From: a virus | Lineage: Duplodnaviria > Caudoviricetes | Length of the DNA stretch: 64,000 nucleotides | Virus record (IMG/VR): IMGVR_UViG_3300034101_006325 | Location: 64,001-128,000 of that record | Strand: one strand, 5' to 3' | Shown here: positions 1-9,303 of the stretch, piece after piece | Position numbering within the stretch: the stretch's first letter is position 1 | Layout: the number at the start of each line of letters is the position of its first letter | The notes under the pieces: model-generated | The model's input: only the letters and a program-made list of their open reading frames with translations | Database searches by the model: none | Told to the model about the DNA's origin: nothing | Position numbers and translations under genes: made by a program

Positions 1-695
1 GGGTCTCCATGCATTACACCGATGTTGTCGCGGAGCTGATTGATGCAGAGCAACGTCACGTTGTTCTGGCCAATGACACCCGTAATCTTGCGCATGCCTT
101 TGGAGATCGCTCGAGCCTGAAGACCGATGGAGTTTTGGTCATAATCGCCATCCAGTTCTGCCTTTGGAGAAGTTGCAGCTACTGAATCCCAGATGACAAG
201 GATAGGAATGTTCTTTTCAAGAATTTGCTTTGCCTTGGTGATTGTGGACTCAATGATCGAGAAAACCTCTTCAGTACAGTGCGAGTCACAATAGACAAAA
301 CGCTTGCGAACATCTACACCCATGTCAGCCAATTTGGCAACAGGCGTGGCATTTTCTGTATCAATGTAGACAACCAATCCTCCCATCTGTTGGACAACGG
401 CTGCTGCATGATAGGCAAGATGTGACTTTCCGCTTGAAGGAAGTCCACTGATCTCAATGATTCGTCCTTCAGGATAGCCGCCATCCATCGCATTTCTGAT
501 AGCATAATTTAATTGAATTGATCCCGTGTCGATCCATCGCTTTACGACAGTCGGTGCATCCATCTCAGAAAGATTATAAGCAATTCTTTGACCAAATTCC
601 TTGTTGATGGAGGTAATGAGATCCTTCATCATGCTGTCGACTTCGGACTTTTTTGAAACTGTTTCGACGTCTTCAAACTTTTCTTTTCTTGCCAT
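1..695 (-). CDS. recA: RecA/UvsX recombinase, N-terminal part (runs off the window start; missing from the ORF track)
   Basis: Manual translation from ATG at 695: MARKEKFEDVE...WIDTGSIQLNYAI...GGYPEGRIIEISGLPSSGKSHL (Walker A)...VVYIDTENA...LVIWDSVAA (Walker B)...IGLQARAISKGMRK...LLCINQLR. Confidence 0.95.
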   Translation of the reverse strand, partial: MARKEKFEDVETVSKKSEVDSMMKDLITSINKEFGQRIAYNLSEMDAPTVVKRWIDTGSIQLNYAIRNAMDGGYPEGRIIEISGLPSSGKSHLAYHAAAVVQQMGGLVVYIDTENATPVAKLADMGVDVRKRFVYCDSHCTEEVFSIIESTITKAKQILEKNIPILVIWDSVAATSPKAELDGDYDQNSIGLQARAISKGMRKITGVIGQNNVTLLCINQLRDNIGVMHGD

Positions 696-726
696 GTTCC
701 CATTATCCTTCATCAGCATAAAATAG

Positions 727-756
727 TTCAAGCGCCGGTGTTACCCAGCGCTTGAA
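727..756 (-). terminator. Stem-loop between ssb and recA (terminator or processing hairpin)
   Basis: Minus-strand UUCAAGCGCUGG-GUAACA-CCGGCGCUUGAA, a 12-bp stem with one G-U pair. The U-tract is weak. Confidence 0.45.
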
Positions 757-771
757 TTTAAGAGATTAACT

Positions 772-1617
772 TCAATCGTCGCCCATTAGATCGGCGAAGG
801 CATCGTCCAGAGACTGTTTCTTGGGAGAATCATCGTCTGCCTTCTTTGCCTTCTTTGGCTTCTCAGGAGCAGCTGCCTTTACCTCAGCGACGAGGTCGTC
901 CAAGGCATCAACAGGAGTAGGTCCACGAGTCGTCTCAGGAGTCGATGCAACTTCTTCAGTTGTACCGCCATTCAGCCAGTTGTTAAGAACTGCCTCGATC
1001 TCTTGCGTCGACTTGAGACGATACATGTCGTCAATGTTAGGCACATGCTCGAGCCAATTTGCCATGACCTTTTGATCATCGTGAAGCTTGGATGGACGCC
1101 TTGCTGGATCCACCATCGTGTCATTGAACTGCTTGCCTGGTGCCTTGGAGATTGTCACCTTGAGGTCGAATCCGCTGTTAGGATCAAGAATATCACCGAC
1201 CTCCTCGTCGAGGAAGAATCCAAGCATGCGCTGGTATACGATCTTGCCGAATGACCAGACCTGAACTCCCTTGTCCTCCTCACCTCGAACCACGACAGGT
1301 GCATAGCAGCGCATCTTCGGAGCAAGCTTCTTGGCAAGGACTCGATCGTCAGGCTTGCCACTGCTGTACAGCTTGCGAATTAAATCGTTGATGGGATCAG
1401 GCTTTCCAAACTGATTTGGCGAAAGAATTGCGGCATTCTCTCCAATGTAGTAGAACCAACGCTCCATGAAAGGTTGCCCCTCAGCAGCATTCTTCCAAGG
1501 CAAACATCGAACCTTGTACTCACCGACCGTGGGCTTCCACATCTGGACAGCCGAGGTCTTCTTCACACCGCTGAGCTCTGCAACACGACGCTTAATTGCT
1601 TCAAGATCAATAGCCAT
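772..1617 (-). CDS. ssb: T4 gp32-like single-stranded DNA-binding protein
   Basis: WKPTVGEYKVRCLPW, WFYYIG, YAPVVVRGEEDKGVQVWSFGKIVY, GFDLK motifs; acidic C-terminus (LDDAFADLMGDD); next to recA. Confidence 0.88.
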   Translation of the reverse strand: MAIDLEAIKRRVAELSGVKKTSAVQMWKPTVGEYKVRCLPWKNAAEGQPFMERWFYYIGENAAILSPNQFGKPDPINDLIRKLYSSGKPDDRVLAKKLAPKMRCYAPVVVRGEEDKGVQVWSFGKIVYQRMLGFFLDEEVGDILDPNSGFDLKVTISKAPGKQFNDTMVDPARRPSKLHDDQKVMANWLEHVPNIDDMYRLKSTQEIEAVLNNWLNGGTTEEVASTPETTRGPTPVDALDDLVAEVKAAAPEKPKKAKKADDDSPKKQSLDDAFADLMGDD

Positions 1618-1879
1618 TTTATTTTCCTATTCCTTTTCCTCTTTCGATATCAAATTTCGATGTCACGACACCGTGTCGTGAGCCACCGAGCATATCAATC
1701 TAAGTCTTTGTCAACCTATCATGCAACGAAAGAGTTGTATCAACTTAACATTCGTCGTTGGATCTTTGCACAATGCCTTTTCAAGGCAGAACAAATGTGG
1801 TTTCATGATGCACTTCCTGTCCCTCTTCCGTTTCCGCATCGATCTAGGTCGATATTATTAAATATCGACAAACCAAAAA

Positions 1880-2188
1880 TTATGCCGCCATCATTGCGAC
1901 GCCGATCAGAGAAACAATGAAGCCTGCAAGTTGAAGCGGAGTCAGGCGGTCGCCGAGGAGGAAGAACCCAAAGACGAATGCCGCTGTATAGATCACGTCC
2001 ACAAGAACTGACATGAGGCTGAGATTGTGGGATCTTTTTGATATCAGACCCCACAGGATACCACTGACGATGGAAGGCCCGACAGGCGCCCAAATGGGGA
2101 GCAATTCTGCCTGAACTTTTTTTGTGACAAAAGCACCGATCACGCCCGTCGCGAAGAGGGCGATGTAAGGAATTATTAAGTTTTTCAT
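1880..2188 (-). CDS. Small 4-TM membrane protein, DMT/SMR-like
   Basis: 102 aa with four hydrophobic segments. The C-terminus LLGDRLTPLQLAGFIVSLIGVAMM resembles the DMT/EamA/SMR end motif. Confidence 0.55.
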   Translation of the reverse strand: MKNLIIPYIALFATGVIGAFVTKKVQAELLPIWAPVGPSIVSGILWGLISKRSHNLSLMSVLVDVIYTAAFVFGFFLLGDRLTPLQLAGFIVSLIGVAMMAA

Positions 2189-2189
2189 T

Positions 2190-2417
2190 TCACTTCCAGC
2201 CGGGTTTCTTCTTTTTTCCTGGCGTTTTTGCGCCGAGGGGAAGTGTGGGTCCGACGATGTTTGCTGTTACACTCATCTCGTCTACTTCGTTATCATCTCG
2301 CTCTTTTTTATCTTCGTCCTTGGGAGAATCGGTGCTCATGAGTTGGTTTCCTACGCGAGGATTCCTTTTGACTTCCAAGATCATCTCCTGTATATACTGA
2401 CGAAGCACGTCGGACAT
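2190..2417 (-). CDS. Small hypothetical protein with putative head-targeting N-terminus
   Basis: MSDVLRQYIQEMILE start; ATACTTA motif 5 nt upstream; abuts the next gene. Confidence 0.65.
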   Translation of the reverse strand: MSDVLRQYIQEMILEVKRNPRVGNQLMSTDSPKDEDKKERDDNEVDEMSVTANIVGPTLPLGAKTPGKKKKPGWK

Positions 2418-2428
2418 ACACTTAAGTA

Positions 2429-3025
2429 TTACTTAACGAGCAATTCTTTTTCCTGCTTTGTAGAGATAATGTCTGCCATGTGAACAATATCAGCCAAACG
2501 TGGTTCCTTCATCTTATAAGGGGCATTCACCTCGTCGTATTGACCATCATTTAGGACGATCGAAAGCCACTCTTCCTGAGTAAGCTTCAAGCCAAAGTGT
2601 TGACACAACCACACGCCTCGGTGAGGAACGGTCATGTACTGCATATCCTTGTTGTGTTTGTACATCTCTCCAAGCTTCTCACGATGCCAGTCAGAGTCCT
2701 GCGGGACATAGTAGTCCTTCTCGTGGTCTCCTGCCTTGCCTAAATCATGGAAGAGGCATCCAATGATCAGCGACTCCTTGGAAACCTCCCAGCCAAAAGT
2801 CTTGCATAGCTTCATGGCATTTGTAAGGACTCGCAAGGAATGATCGACCAAACCTCCTGGAATTGCATGGTGAAAATCCTTGCGTGATGATGCAGGACAC
2901 AATGCCAACCTCTCCCCCAAATGGTCGACCAATGCCAAAGCTGATTCCGATCTATCATTTAGACGCTCACACAGCGAACGAAACTTGTCAAAATTTGATG
3001 CAATATCTTCTGGACTTAGACTCAT
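2429..3025 (-). CDS. HD-domain phosphohydrolase (YhaM/Cbf1-like)
   Basis: HHAIPGGLVDHSLRV...CLFHDLGK...VHMAD gives the H...HD...D metal-binding pattern. Confidence 0.85.
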   Translation of the reverse strand: MSLSPEDIASNFDKFRSLCERLNDRSESALALVDHLGERLALCPASSRKDFHHAIPGGLVDHSLRVLTNAMKLCKTFGWEVSKESLIIGCLFHDLGKAGDHEKDYYVPQDSDWHREKLGEMYKHNKDMQYMTVPHRGVWLCQHFGLKLTQEEWLSIVLNDGQYDEVNAPYKMKEPRLADIVHMADIISTKQEKELLVK

Positions 3026-3050
3026 GCAACGACATTATCTTGTTTGCGCT

Positions 3051-4262
3051 TCAATGTTCATGCAATGTTTCCACTTTGAGTGGGAAGGGCGCAGTGTAAC
3101 CCGGCACTTCGATCGACGACACGCATTCGACGTCCTTTATCCTGTCGTTCCGCACGTCGAGTATCAGTGCATCATGGAGGACGAAGAGGGGACGAATGCC
3201 GTCGGTCCCGAGTCGGTCAAGAATTGCCTTGAATCCCAACAGAGAAACGTCGACACCGGTGCTCTGTGCATAGGTGTTGACGAATAGATGCTCGGAAGAA
3301 GAATCATCGACAGTCAGCGGCCGCCCATACTTGTTGTGTATGAAGCCTGTGGAGGATAGATCCTCAGCAATGCGGCGCCGTAGATCGGGCGTGCGGAAGT
3401 AGGATCGAATCCTGTCGATAAATTTATCCAACTGCTCGCCCGACATGTCGAGGCGTCTAGAGATGAGCCCTTTCGATGCACCGTATAGTTCAGCAAGGAC
3501 GGCCACCTTCACGGCTGCTCGGTCGATCGACCCGTCAAAGAGCTCCTTCGAAATATGTCCGTAGACATCAGCAGAGGGTGCATGGACGTCAGCCTCGTGC
3601 AGGATGATCCTCGCCTCGAGGGAGGAAAAATCCAGCGACACAACCTTGCCATCGGGAAAGTGCGACCTGATCATCCCACGATGTTCTCTCTTCAGAGTCA
3701 ATATGTTGGGACCTGACTCTACGACGAGGCGGCCCGTCCTCGTGCCGAATCGATCATAGACGACTGGCGGCGAGTATCCCCCTGCACCGGGTCGAAATGA
3801 TTCCAATGCTCCGTTGCCCGTGCCGCACTCTTCGATCAGCGCACGAAATCTAGATGAATCAACCTTCGCAGGACGCAAGGAATCCAGGACCTCACCGCAG
3901 GGAATCCACGTTTCATTAAAATATTCCACGGGAAGTCGATCGAAGCTTCCAATGACCTTTTTTAGAATATTTTTTATGTGTGCTTTGTATTGACTCGGAG
4001 CCATCACTTGCGACCATGGGACGTCCGATTCCAGACCCACGGTTCTCATCGCAAGCCTCCATTTTTCTGAGGGCATGACGTCGACAGGAGAACCTCCTAG
4101 CCTGAGCAATGAATCTAGGCAAGGAGAACCAGAGTTTCGAAACCTGCCCGTGAGCAGCAAAGTCCCAGGAGGAACTCGAGAAATGCTGCTAAAACCTTCG
4201 GAGTGCACGAGGAGGTGTGCCTCGGCGCCGAGAACAGTTTTGTCCACACAAAAATTCTGCAA
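3051..4262 (-). CDS. Minimal family A DNA polymerase-like protein (polymerase domain only)
   Basis: TRTGRL, motif A VSLDFSSLEARI, motif B RAAVKVAVLAELYG, motif C LFVLHDALILDV. Only 403 aa, with no recognisable exonuclease motifs. Confidence 0.75.
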   Translation of the reverse strand: MQNFCVDKTVLGAEAHLLVHSEGFSSISRVPPGTLLLTGRFRNSGSPCLDSLLRLGGSPVDVMPSEKWRLAMRTVGLESDVPWSQVMAPSQYKAHIKNILKKVIGSFDRLPVEYFNETWIPCGEVLDSLRPAKVDSSRFRALIEECGTGNGALESFRPGAGGYSPPVVYDRFGTRTGRLVVESGPNILTLKREHRGMIRSHFPDGKVVSLDFSSLEARIILHEADVHAPSADVYGHISKELFDGSIDRAAVKVAVLAELYGASKGLISRRLDMSGEQLDKFIDRIRSYFRTPDLRRRIAEDLSSTGFIHNKYGRPLTVDDSSSEHLFVNTYAQSTGVDVSLLGFKAILDRLGTDGIRPLFVLHDALILDVRNDRIKDVECVSSIEVPGYTAPFPLKVETLHEH

Positions 4263-4320
4263 TTTAAAAAATATTAAACAAAAAATAAAAATTTTACAAC
4301 AAATAACACCTTATTTTTTG

Positions 4321-7300
4321 CTAACCTCCTGTACGATTAAAAATTTCTTCTCTTTGGGCGTCAGTTACTGCGCCGGGACTATTTGTCCCTGAGGTGCCCG
4401 CTGCTTCAGTAGGAGTAGTAGTAGAAGAAAAAGGAGAAAACGCAGATTTCACCAGAGACGCTCCTGCTCCGGCGAACGTCTGCGGGCCCGGGGAAGACGT
4501 CGTTGCTTTTTCTATCTGTCTCTCGAGGTCGTTCATGTAGGAGATGACGCGTGCGTAGCCGTCGATGGGAGTGAACGTGAGAGACGTGTCGAACTTTCCA
4601 AGGGAGATGTTGTGGGTGACCTGTATGACGGAGTACACGTTGTCGATCGAGGTGCCCGTGTCGAAGTCGACGAGGTATTCCTGGTAAGGCTCTATCAACG
4701 GGCAACCCTTCACGTTCATGGACAGCTGGGCTGGAAGCACGCGGATCGGCAGGTTGTATTCCTCCATCTGCAGACCGTTGGGCGCAAGAGTGCTTCTCGT
4801 CTTGAAGCTTCCTGCCTGCATGTGGGCGGTCGACAGCAAACTGTCGGTCTTCGACGCGAGCTGGACGTTGTAGATCAACGATCCGTTGGTGTTGATGTGG
4901 AGGCGACCTGTCCTCGGCTCGACGAACTTTTCGAGGACCTTCAGGCCACCGTACTTTTCAAAAGTTTCGGTCTGTAGGTTTCCTCCCGAGGCTGTAAATC
5001 CAAGCGCCACCTTGTCCTTGCCCTTTTCTTCGACGGTCGTATAGGCGGGCGGCTTGCGCTGCATGATGACCTCGTTTGTCTTGCCACCTTTCACACCCTT
5101 CGTGACAGTAACCGTCTTTGGCTCGAGCGTCGCATTGGAATCGAGAAGACCGCTGGGCGTCAACTTGGCATGCTGCGCAGATGCCGCTGTGTCGTAGATG
5201 TCGATCCGCATGACAATCGATTTGCCTTTATAATTTGTCTTGATTTCGCTGTTCGTAAGATTCAAGCGAAACTTTTCAGATAAATTTTCGACGATTGGGT
5301 CGCCCTCGGGCATTGTATCAACACGCATCGCAATCCCGGGGATCTTCAGGTTGCCCCACTTGGTGAACCAATCTCCAATCGCGTTCGCGAACTTCCAGCG
5401 CTTGGCATCGGCGGTCTCCGCAGCAGCAGCGGCCGCGCCGGCCGCGGCCCGTGACTTGGCGTCCTCGGCCTTCTTCTTCTTGGAATTCTTTTCGTACCAT
5501 TCAGCGCTCGGTAGAGAGAAAGCCACATTCGTCGTCGAGGCGGGAGGCGGATTCGGAGGCGGTGGCTGGCCTTTTGAATCGGGAGTATCTGCAGGCTGTG
5601 TTGGGTCTTTTAGAAGGTCTATCAGGATGCCCTGTTCCGTCTCATTTAATTTATTAAATTCTGTCAACTGATCTTTCGAAGGTTGAGTCGAGGGAGAAAC
5701 GAAAGCGAATGCCTTGTACATTGTCACTGAGCTCTCGACCTGGGAATAAGCATAAGTACTAGTTTTGGTCAGCTTTGCCCGAGCGTCTTGCCTCGCATTG
5801 TTTTCTTCTTGTTGTTTTTTTGCATCAGCAGCACCTGCAGCAGCTTGCTGCGTGGCGAGGAAGTCTTTGCGCATCATGGTGCGAACTTTCGTTCCTATGA
5901 ATATCAAGTCAGCGTCACGATCGGCTTGGGGCCGAGTCGTATCGAAGACTTTGTCTTCGCCTCCGCGGGCGTCGAGGGCATCGTTGTAAGCATCATTATA
6001 TTTTAATTCTGTAAAAATGGGTGAAGGCTGCGGCGCGCCTTTTTCGTCGTTTACCTTAAACTCAACGGAAATTGTGTCTTTGCCTTGCAGCACTGAATTA
6101 AAAAGCTTCTTAAGACTCTGGTTTTTAGGGTCGTTATCGTCTAGTTTGTTGTTTACGTGAAAATTAACAATAGATTCGGCTTGAACTCTGGAATTTTTGG
6201 GATCTGGCTTTGTTTCTAAATACCTCTGTAATTTGGCTATTTTGTCGGCTTTGGGGTCGTCGAACACGAGCGGCGGGCCGCCAAACAAAGACGAGTAATC
6301 TGCGTTGATTAATTTCCACATTGCAGGGTTATAACTTGTAGCTAAAAGTATTCCACCAGACTTTGTCAAATAATGTTTGATGTACATCTGTACTGCTTCG
6401 TCTTTTTTAAGTGGAGACTCGGCCCACATCTGCAGTTCAGCGTTCAGCCCCTGCGGCTGTGGGCCGCCGCCGCCTCCACCCCCGCCGCCGCCTTGGGGCT
6501 TGACCTGTTCGTCTGGGCGCTGGGTGAGCTGGGGTCGGACGGGGGAGTAGGGGAGGTAGTATTCCGACATGGCGTAGCCGGGGGATCTGCGGTCGGCGAA
6601 CTGGGTCTCGGCGACGAAGGACATGAATTCCTCGAGGGTCATCGCCTCGCCGCCTCGCTTCGCGACGAAGTCGGCGAACTGTCCGAGGAACATGTCCATG
6701 TCGATCGGGAACTCAGAGATGTTGATGCCGCTCATCGGGCCGCAGGACTCGTTCATCTGGAAGAAGTTGATCTTGACGCTGTCGATGTCCTCGTCCTTGG
6801 CGATCCTGAGGATGGCGGGCAGGGCGAAGACGCTGAACACCTTGCCGAATGAAACGACGCGGCGTCGGTCGCCCTTCCGCTTGTCTGCTTCGATCTTCGC
6901 GTCGAGGGCCTTTTGCTCCTCTGCGGAAAGCTGGGCGATCGGAGGCTGCTCCCAGTAGTATTTGTCGTCGGAACGCATGGCCTGCGAGCTTTGAACCTTG
7001 TCGATCGCCTTGATTAGATCGGGATGGAAGCCGTTGAAGTTGACGAGCTCGTTCTTGAGCGCCTCATTTTTGTTGGCCGTGGGCAAAAAAGGATCAGGAG
7101 AATTTGCATCGAGGCACTTCTCAAATTTGCTGTAGGCGAAAGATTTCCCTTCAAGCCTGGCTTCAGTCCTCAGCGACTGACTTGACGCGAAGTATTTTTC
7201 GACGTCATCTAGGAGATCTATCGCAGCAAGCCTCTCCTCTTGGTTGGCTCGTTGATCGATGAATTCTCTTGCCTTTTTAAGCAGCAATTCTCTCTCTTTT

Positions 7301-8988
7301 TTCGGAATGCTGCTCTTGAGGCTTGAACTGTCGCCCTGCAGAGGCTCATCGAGTATTTGAAATATCCTGATGTCTCCCTCGAATCCTTCGGGCTTGTTGC
7401 CAAAGGCCGGCCTATTTTGCTTAATTTTATCCAGCAATTCTTGAAGCCGACGGGAGGCGGCGGCAACCCTAGGAGAGTCTGAATCGTTCATGGTGTCCAT
7501 CTTGATCGAAGCCATTCCTTTTGACACGAGTTCGACCTTTATTAGGACTTGCCCCACGGCATCGAATGAAAAGGAGGAGTTCATCACGGTGAAGTCTCGC
7601 TGAACCATCATCGTTTGATTGATGAAGTCGTAGTAGTGATTGGAACGATTTGACACGCCACCAATTCGGTCATCTGCTTGGTTAGGAGCGACCCAACCGT
7701 ACGTGAGCCTCACGAACATCCTCTTGGTGCCGGAGTGACCACGCAGGAATTCTGCGAATTCCCCTATCCTGTTCTTATCGTGTAATTTGATGTCGAGTGT
7801 TGCTGTCGTGTGAATAGTGGCGCCTGCTCCTGCATTTTTGAAGGTTATGGCTGCAGCGACTATCGAAGCAGGCGGCAAAAATGGTTTTGAATCTATGAGT
7901 TTTGAAGCACCGTTCGCCTGCAGAGTGTCCATATTGATGAGAGTCTGAGGAGAGGTGAAAAATTCCATGCCTGTCGTGTACAAGGCACCAGGCGATTCAG
8001 GTCCATAAAATTTGGGGGTATTTGAGGTGCCCGAAGACGCAGCAGGCGCAGGTGATCCTGTGCCCGGGGATGCGGGCGATGTTGACACAGCTGCAGATTT
8101 TTTTGCACCAGGTGCTGAAGCTGTCGTGGCAGGTGCGGTGGTCACGGGATCATCAACTTTGTTGAGTGCCCTTGTGTCGCTAAAATTTTTGCTCGTTTGA
8201 GTCAGAGATGCATCTGCAGGATGCAAACTTTTTCTGTCGACCTCGATCGATCCTTGCAAGAACCTGAGGAGCGAAGGAGTGCCGAGGAACCTTCTGTATT
8301 TTTCATCGGAAGCATTCCTGTCGTCGCCCGTGATGAACTCATCGTCGAGCTGCGGCATGATGAACTCCACGTTAAAATGCGGCATCATGTTGCTGGCGAC
8401 GAGAGGCGGCAAATGATTGACAAAGGTCTCGACCGGGACAACATGTCTGGCCGACAGTGATATCAGTGGAGACCTAATGATGGTCATTATGAACTCTCTT
8501 GCCGGGGCTTGATCTCGCGGGGCGCACACCGAGGCATAAAAATTATCAATGGAGACGGCAGCAGGCGGAGGAGAACCGGAAGGCTTGCCAGGCTTGCCAG
8601 GGGCAGGTGGAGCTACGGGGGCAACTTTTGCGCTTGCAGCTGCAGGAGACCAATAGCTCTTACCCGGTGTTGTCCCTTTTTGCTTGTATGATGGTGTATA
8701 ATCTGATTCAAGACCGTCCTGTGCTTGATAGACTGCGCTGATAATGCCTGTTGCAACTACGTCGTTGTTGATACCACCGGGCATGACCCCGTTGAGATCC
8801 CCCGCTGTGTAAACATGCTTAGATTCAGTCTCAAGATCATAGTCAAGAACAAATGCTGACATTGACTTGAGATTATCGTCATCAATTATGCCTCGACCAA
8901 GTCCGGGCCTTATTCTTCCAATTTGGTCTCGGGGGCCGATAAAATTATAAAATCGATCCAGCTCGCTGAAATCACTTGGGTCACTCAT
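4321..8988 (-). CDS. Large baseplate hub-like protein (gp27/GpD-like ends) with central insertion
   Basis: 1555 aa next to the LysM-like and tape measure genes. Contains VMNSSFSFDAVGQV; the C-terminal NVYSVIQVTHNISLGKFDTSLTF resembles hub-protein C-termini. Confidence 0.6.
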   Translation of the reverse strand: MSDPSDFSELDRFYNFIGPRDQIGRIRPGLGRGIIDDDNLKSMSAFVLDYDLETESKHVYTAGDLNGVMPGGINNDVVATGIISAVYQAQDGLESDYTPSYKQKGTTPGKSYWSPAAASAKVAPVAPPAPGKPGKPSGSPPPAAVSIDNFYASVCAPRDQAPAREFIMTIIRSPLISLSARHVVPVETFVNHLPPLVASNMMPHFNVEFIMPQLDDEFITGDDRNASDEKYRRFLGTPSLLRFLQGSIEVDRKSLHPADASLTQTSKNFSDTRALNKVDDPVTTAPATTASAPGAKKSAAVSTSPASPGTGSPAPAASSGTSNTPKFYGPESPGALYTTGMEFFTSPQTLINMDTLQANGASKLIDSKPFLPPASIVAAAITFKNAGAGATIHTTATLDIKLHDKNRIGEFAEFLRGHSGTKRMFVRLTYGWVAPNQADDRIGGVSNRSNHYYDFINQTMMVQRDFTVMNSSFSFDAVGQVLIKVELVSKGMASIKMDTMNDSDSPRVAAASRRLQELLDKIKQNRPAFGNKPEGFEGDIRIFQILDEPLQGDSSSLKSSIPKKERELLLKKAREFIDQRANQEERLAAIDLLDDVEKYFASSQSLRTEARLEGKSFAYSKFEKCLDANSPDPFLPTANKNEALKNELVNFNGFHPDLIKAIDKVQSSQAMRSDDKYYWEQPPIAQLSAEEQKALDAKIEADKRKGDRRRVVSFGKVFSVFALPAILRIAKDEDIDSVKINFFQMNESCGPMSGINISEFPIDMDMFLGQFADFVAKRGGEAMTLEEFMSFVAETQFADRRSPGYAMSEYYLPYSPVRPQLTQRPDEQVKPQGGGGGGGGGGPQPQGLNAELQMWAESPLKKDEAVQMYIKHYLTKSGGILLATSYNPAMWKLINADYSSLFGGPPLVFDDPKADKIAKLQRYLETKPDPKNSRVQAESIVNFHVNNKLDDNDPKNQSLKKLFNSVLQGKDTISVEFKVNDEKGAPQPSPIFTELKYNDAYNDALDARGGEDKVFDTTRPQADRDADLIFIGTKVRTMMRKDFLATQQAAAGAADAKKQQEENNARQDARAKLTKTSTYAYSQVESSVTMYKAFAFVSPSTQPSKDQLTEFNKLNETEQGILIDLLKDPTQPADTPDSKGQPPPPNPPPASTTNVAFSLPSAEWYEKNSKKKKAEDAKSRAAAGAAAAAAETADAKRWKFANAIGDWFTKWGNLKIPGIAMRVDTMPEGDPIVENLSEKFRLNLTNSEIKTNYKGKSIVMRIDIYDTAASAQHAKLTPSGLLDSNATLEPKTVTVTKGVKGGKTNEVIMQRKPPAYTTVEEKGKDKVALGFTASGGNLQTETFEKYGGLKVLEKFVEPRTGRLHINTNGSLIYNVQLASKTDSLLSTAHMQAGSFKTRSTLAPNGLQMEEYNLPIRVLPAQLSMNVKGCPLIEPYQEYLVDFDTGTSIDNVYSVIQVTHNISLGKFDTSLTFTPIDGYARVISYMNDLERQIEKATTSSPGPQTFAGAGASLVKSAFSPFSSTTTPTEAAGTSGTNSPGAVTDAQREEIFNRTGG

Positions 8989-8989
8989 T

Positions 8990-9289
8990 TTAACCTACCA
9001 ACGATCTGACGTCCTCGAGGCTCGGGACGTTAATTAGAGTGTTGGGTGGAACCTGAAGTCCCCAGCCGATGCCGCTCGCAGCTGCGAGGACCCACCATAG
9101 GCTGGCGTCACCATATAGGACTCCTGCGAGTGTGTCGAGTCGATCGAGCTCGGTGGTCACGATTGTTCGCTGAATCCTCAGATTTCCATTCCGAAGAGCA
9201 TTCCTCAGATAAAAAACCGCGCCAGGAGAAGCCAATCCTTTCCTGTCGTCGGCAAAATTATCCCTCTTGTACCTGCTAAAAGATGCCAT
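8990..9289 (-). CDS. LysM/tail-X-like baseplate protein
   Basis: DRLDTLAGVLYGDASLWWVLAAASGI...PPNTLINVP motif in baseplate context. Confidence 0.78.
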   Translation of the reverse strand: MASFSRYKRDNFADDRKGLASPGAVFYLRNALRNGNLRIQRTIVTTELDRLDTLAGVLYGDASLWWVLAAASGIGWGLQVPPNTLINVPSLEDVRSLVG

Positions 9290-9303
9290 TTTAATTACAA
9301 TGT

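Noticed and set aside
1689-1714. TTGACA ... TATGCT upstream of ssb
   Set aside because: The spacer is only 14 nt, which is too short for a sigma70 promoter.
1710-1845. Possible 42-aa minus-strand ORF MRKRKRDRKCIMKPH...
   Set aside because: No SD, no recognisable motif and short length, so it cannot be supported.
6465-6495. GCC/GGC trinucleotide run
   Set aside because: It encodes a poly-Gly linker in frame and is not a repeat element or CRISPR.
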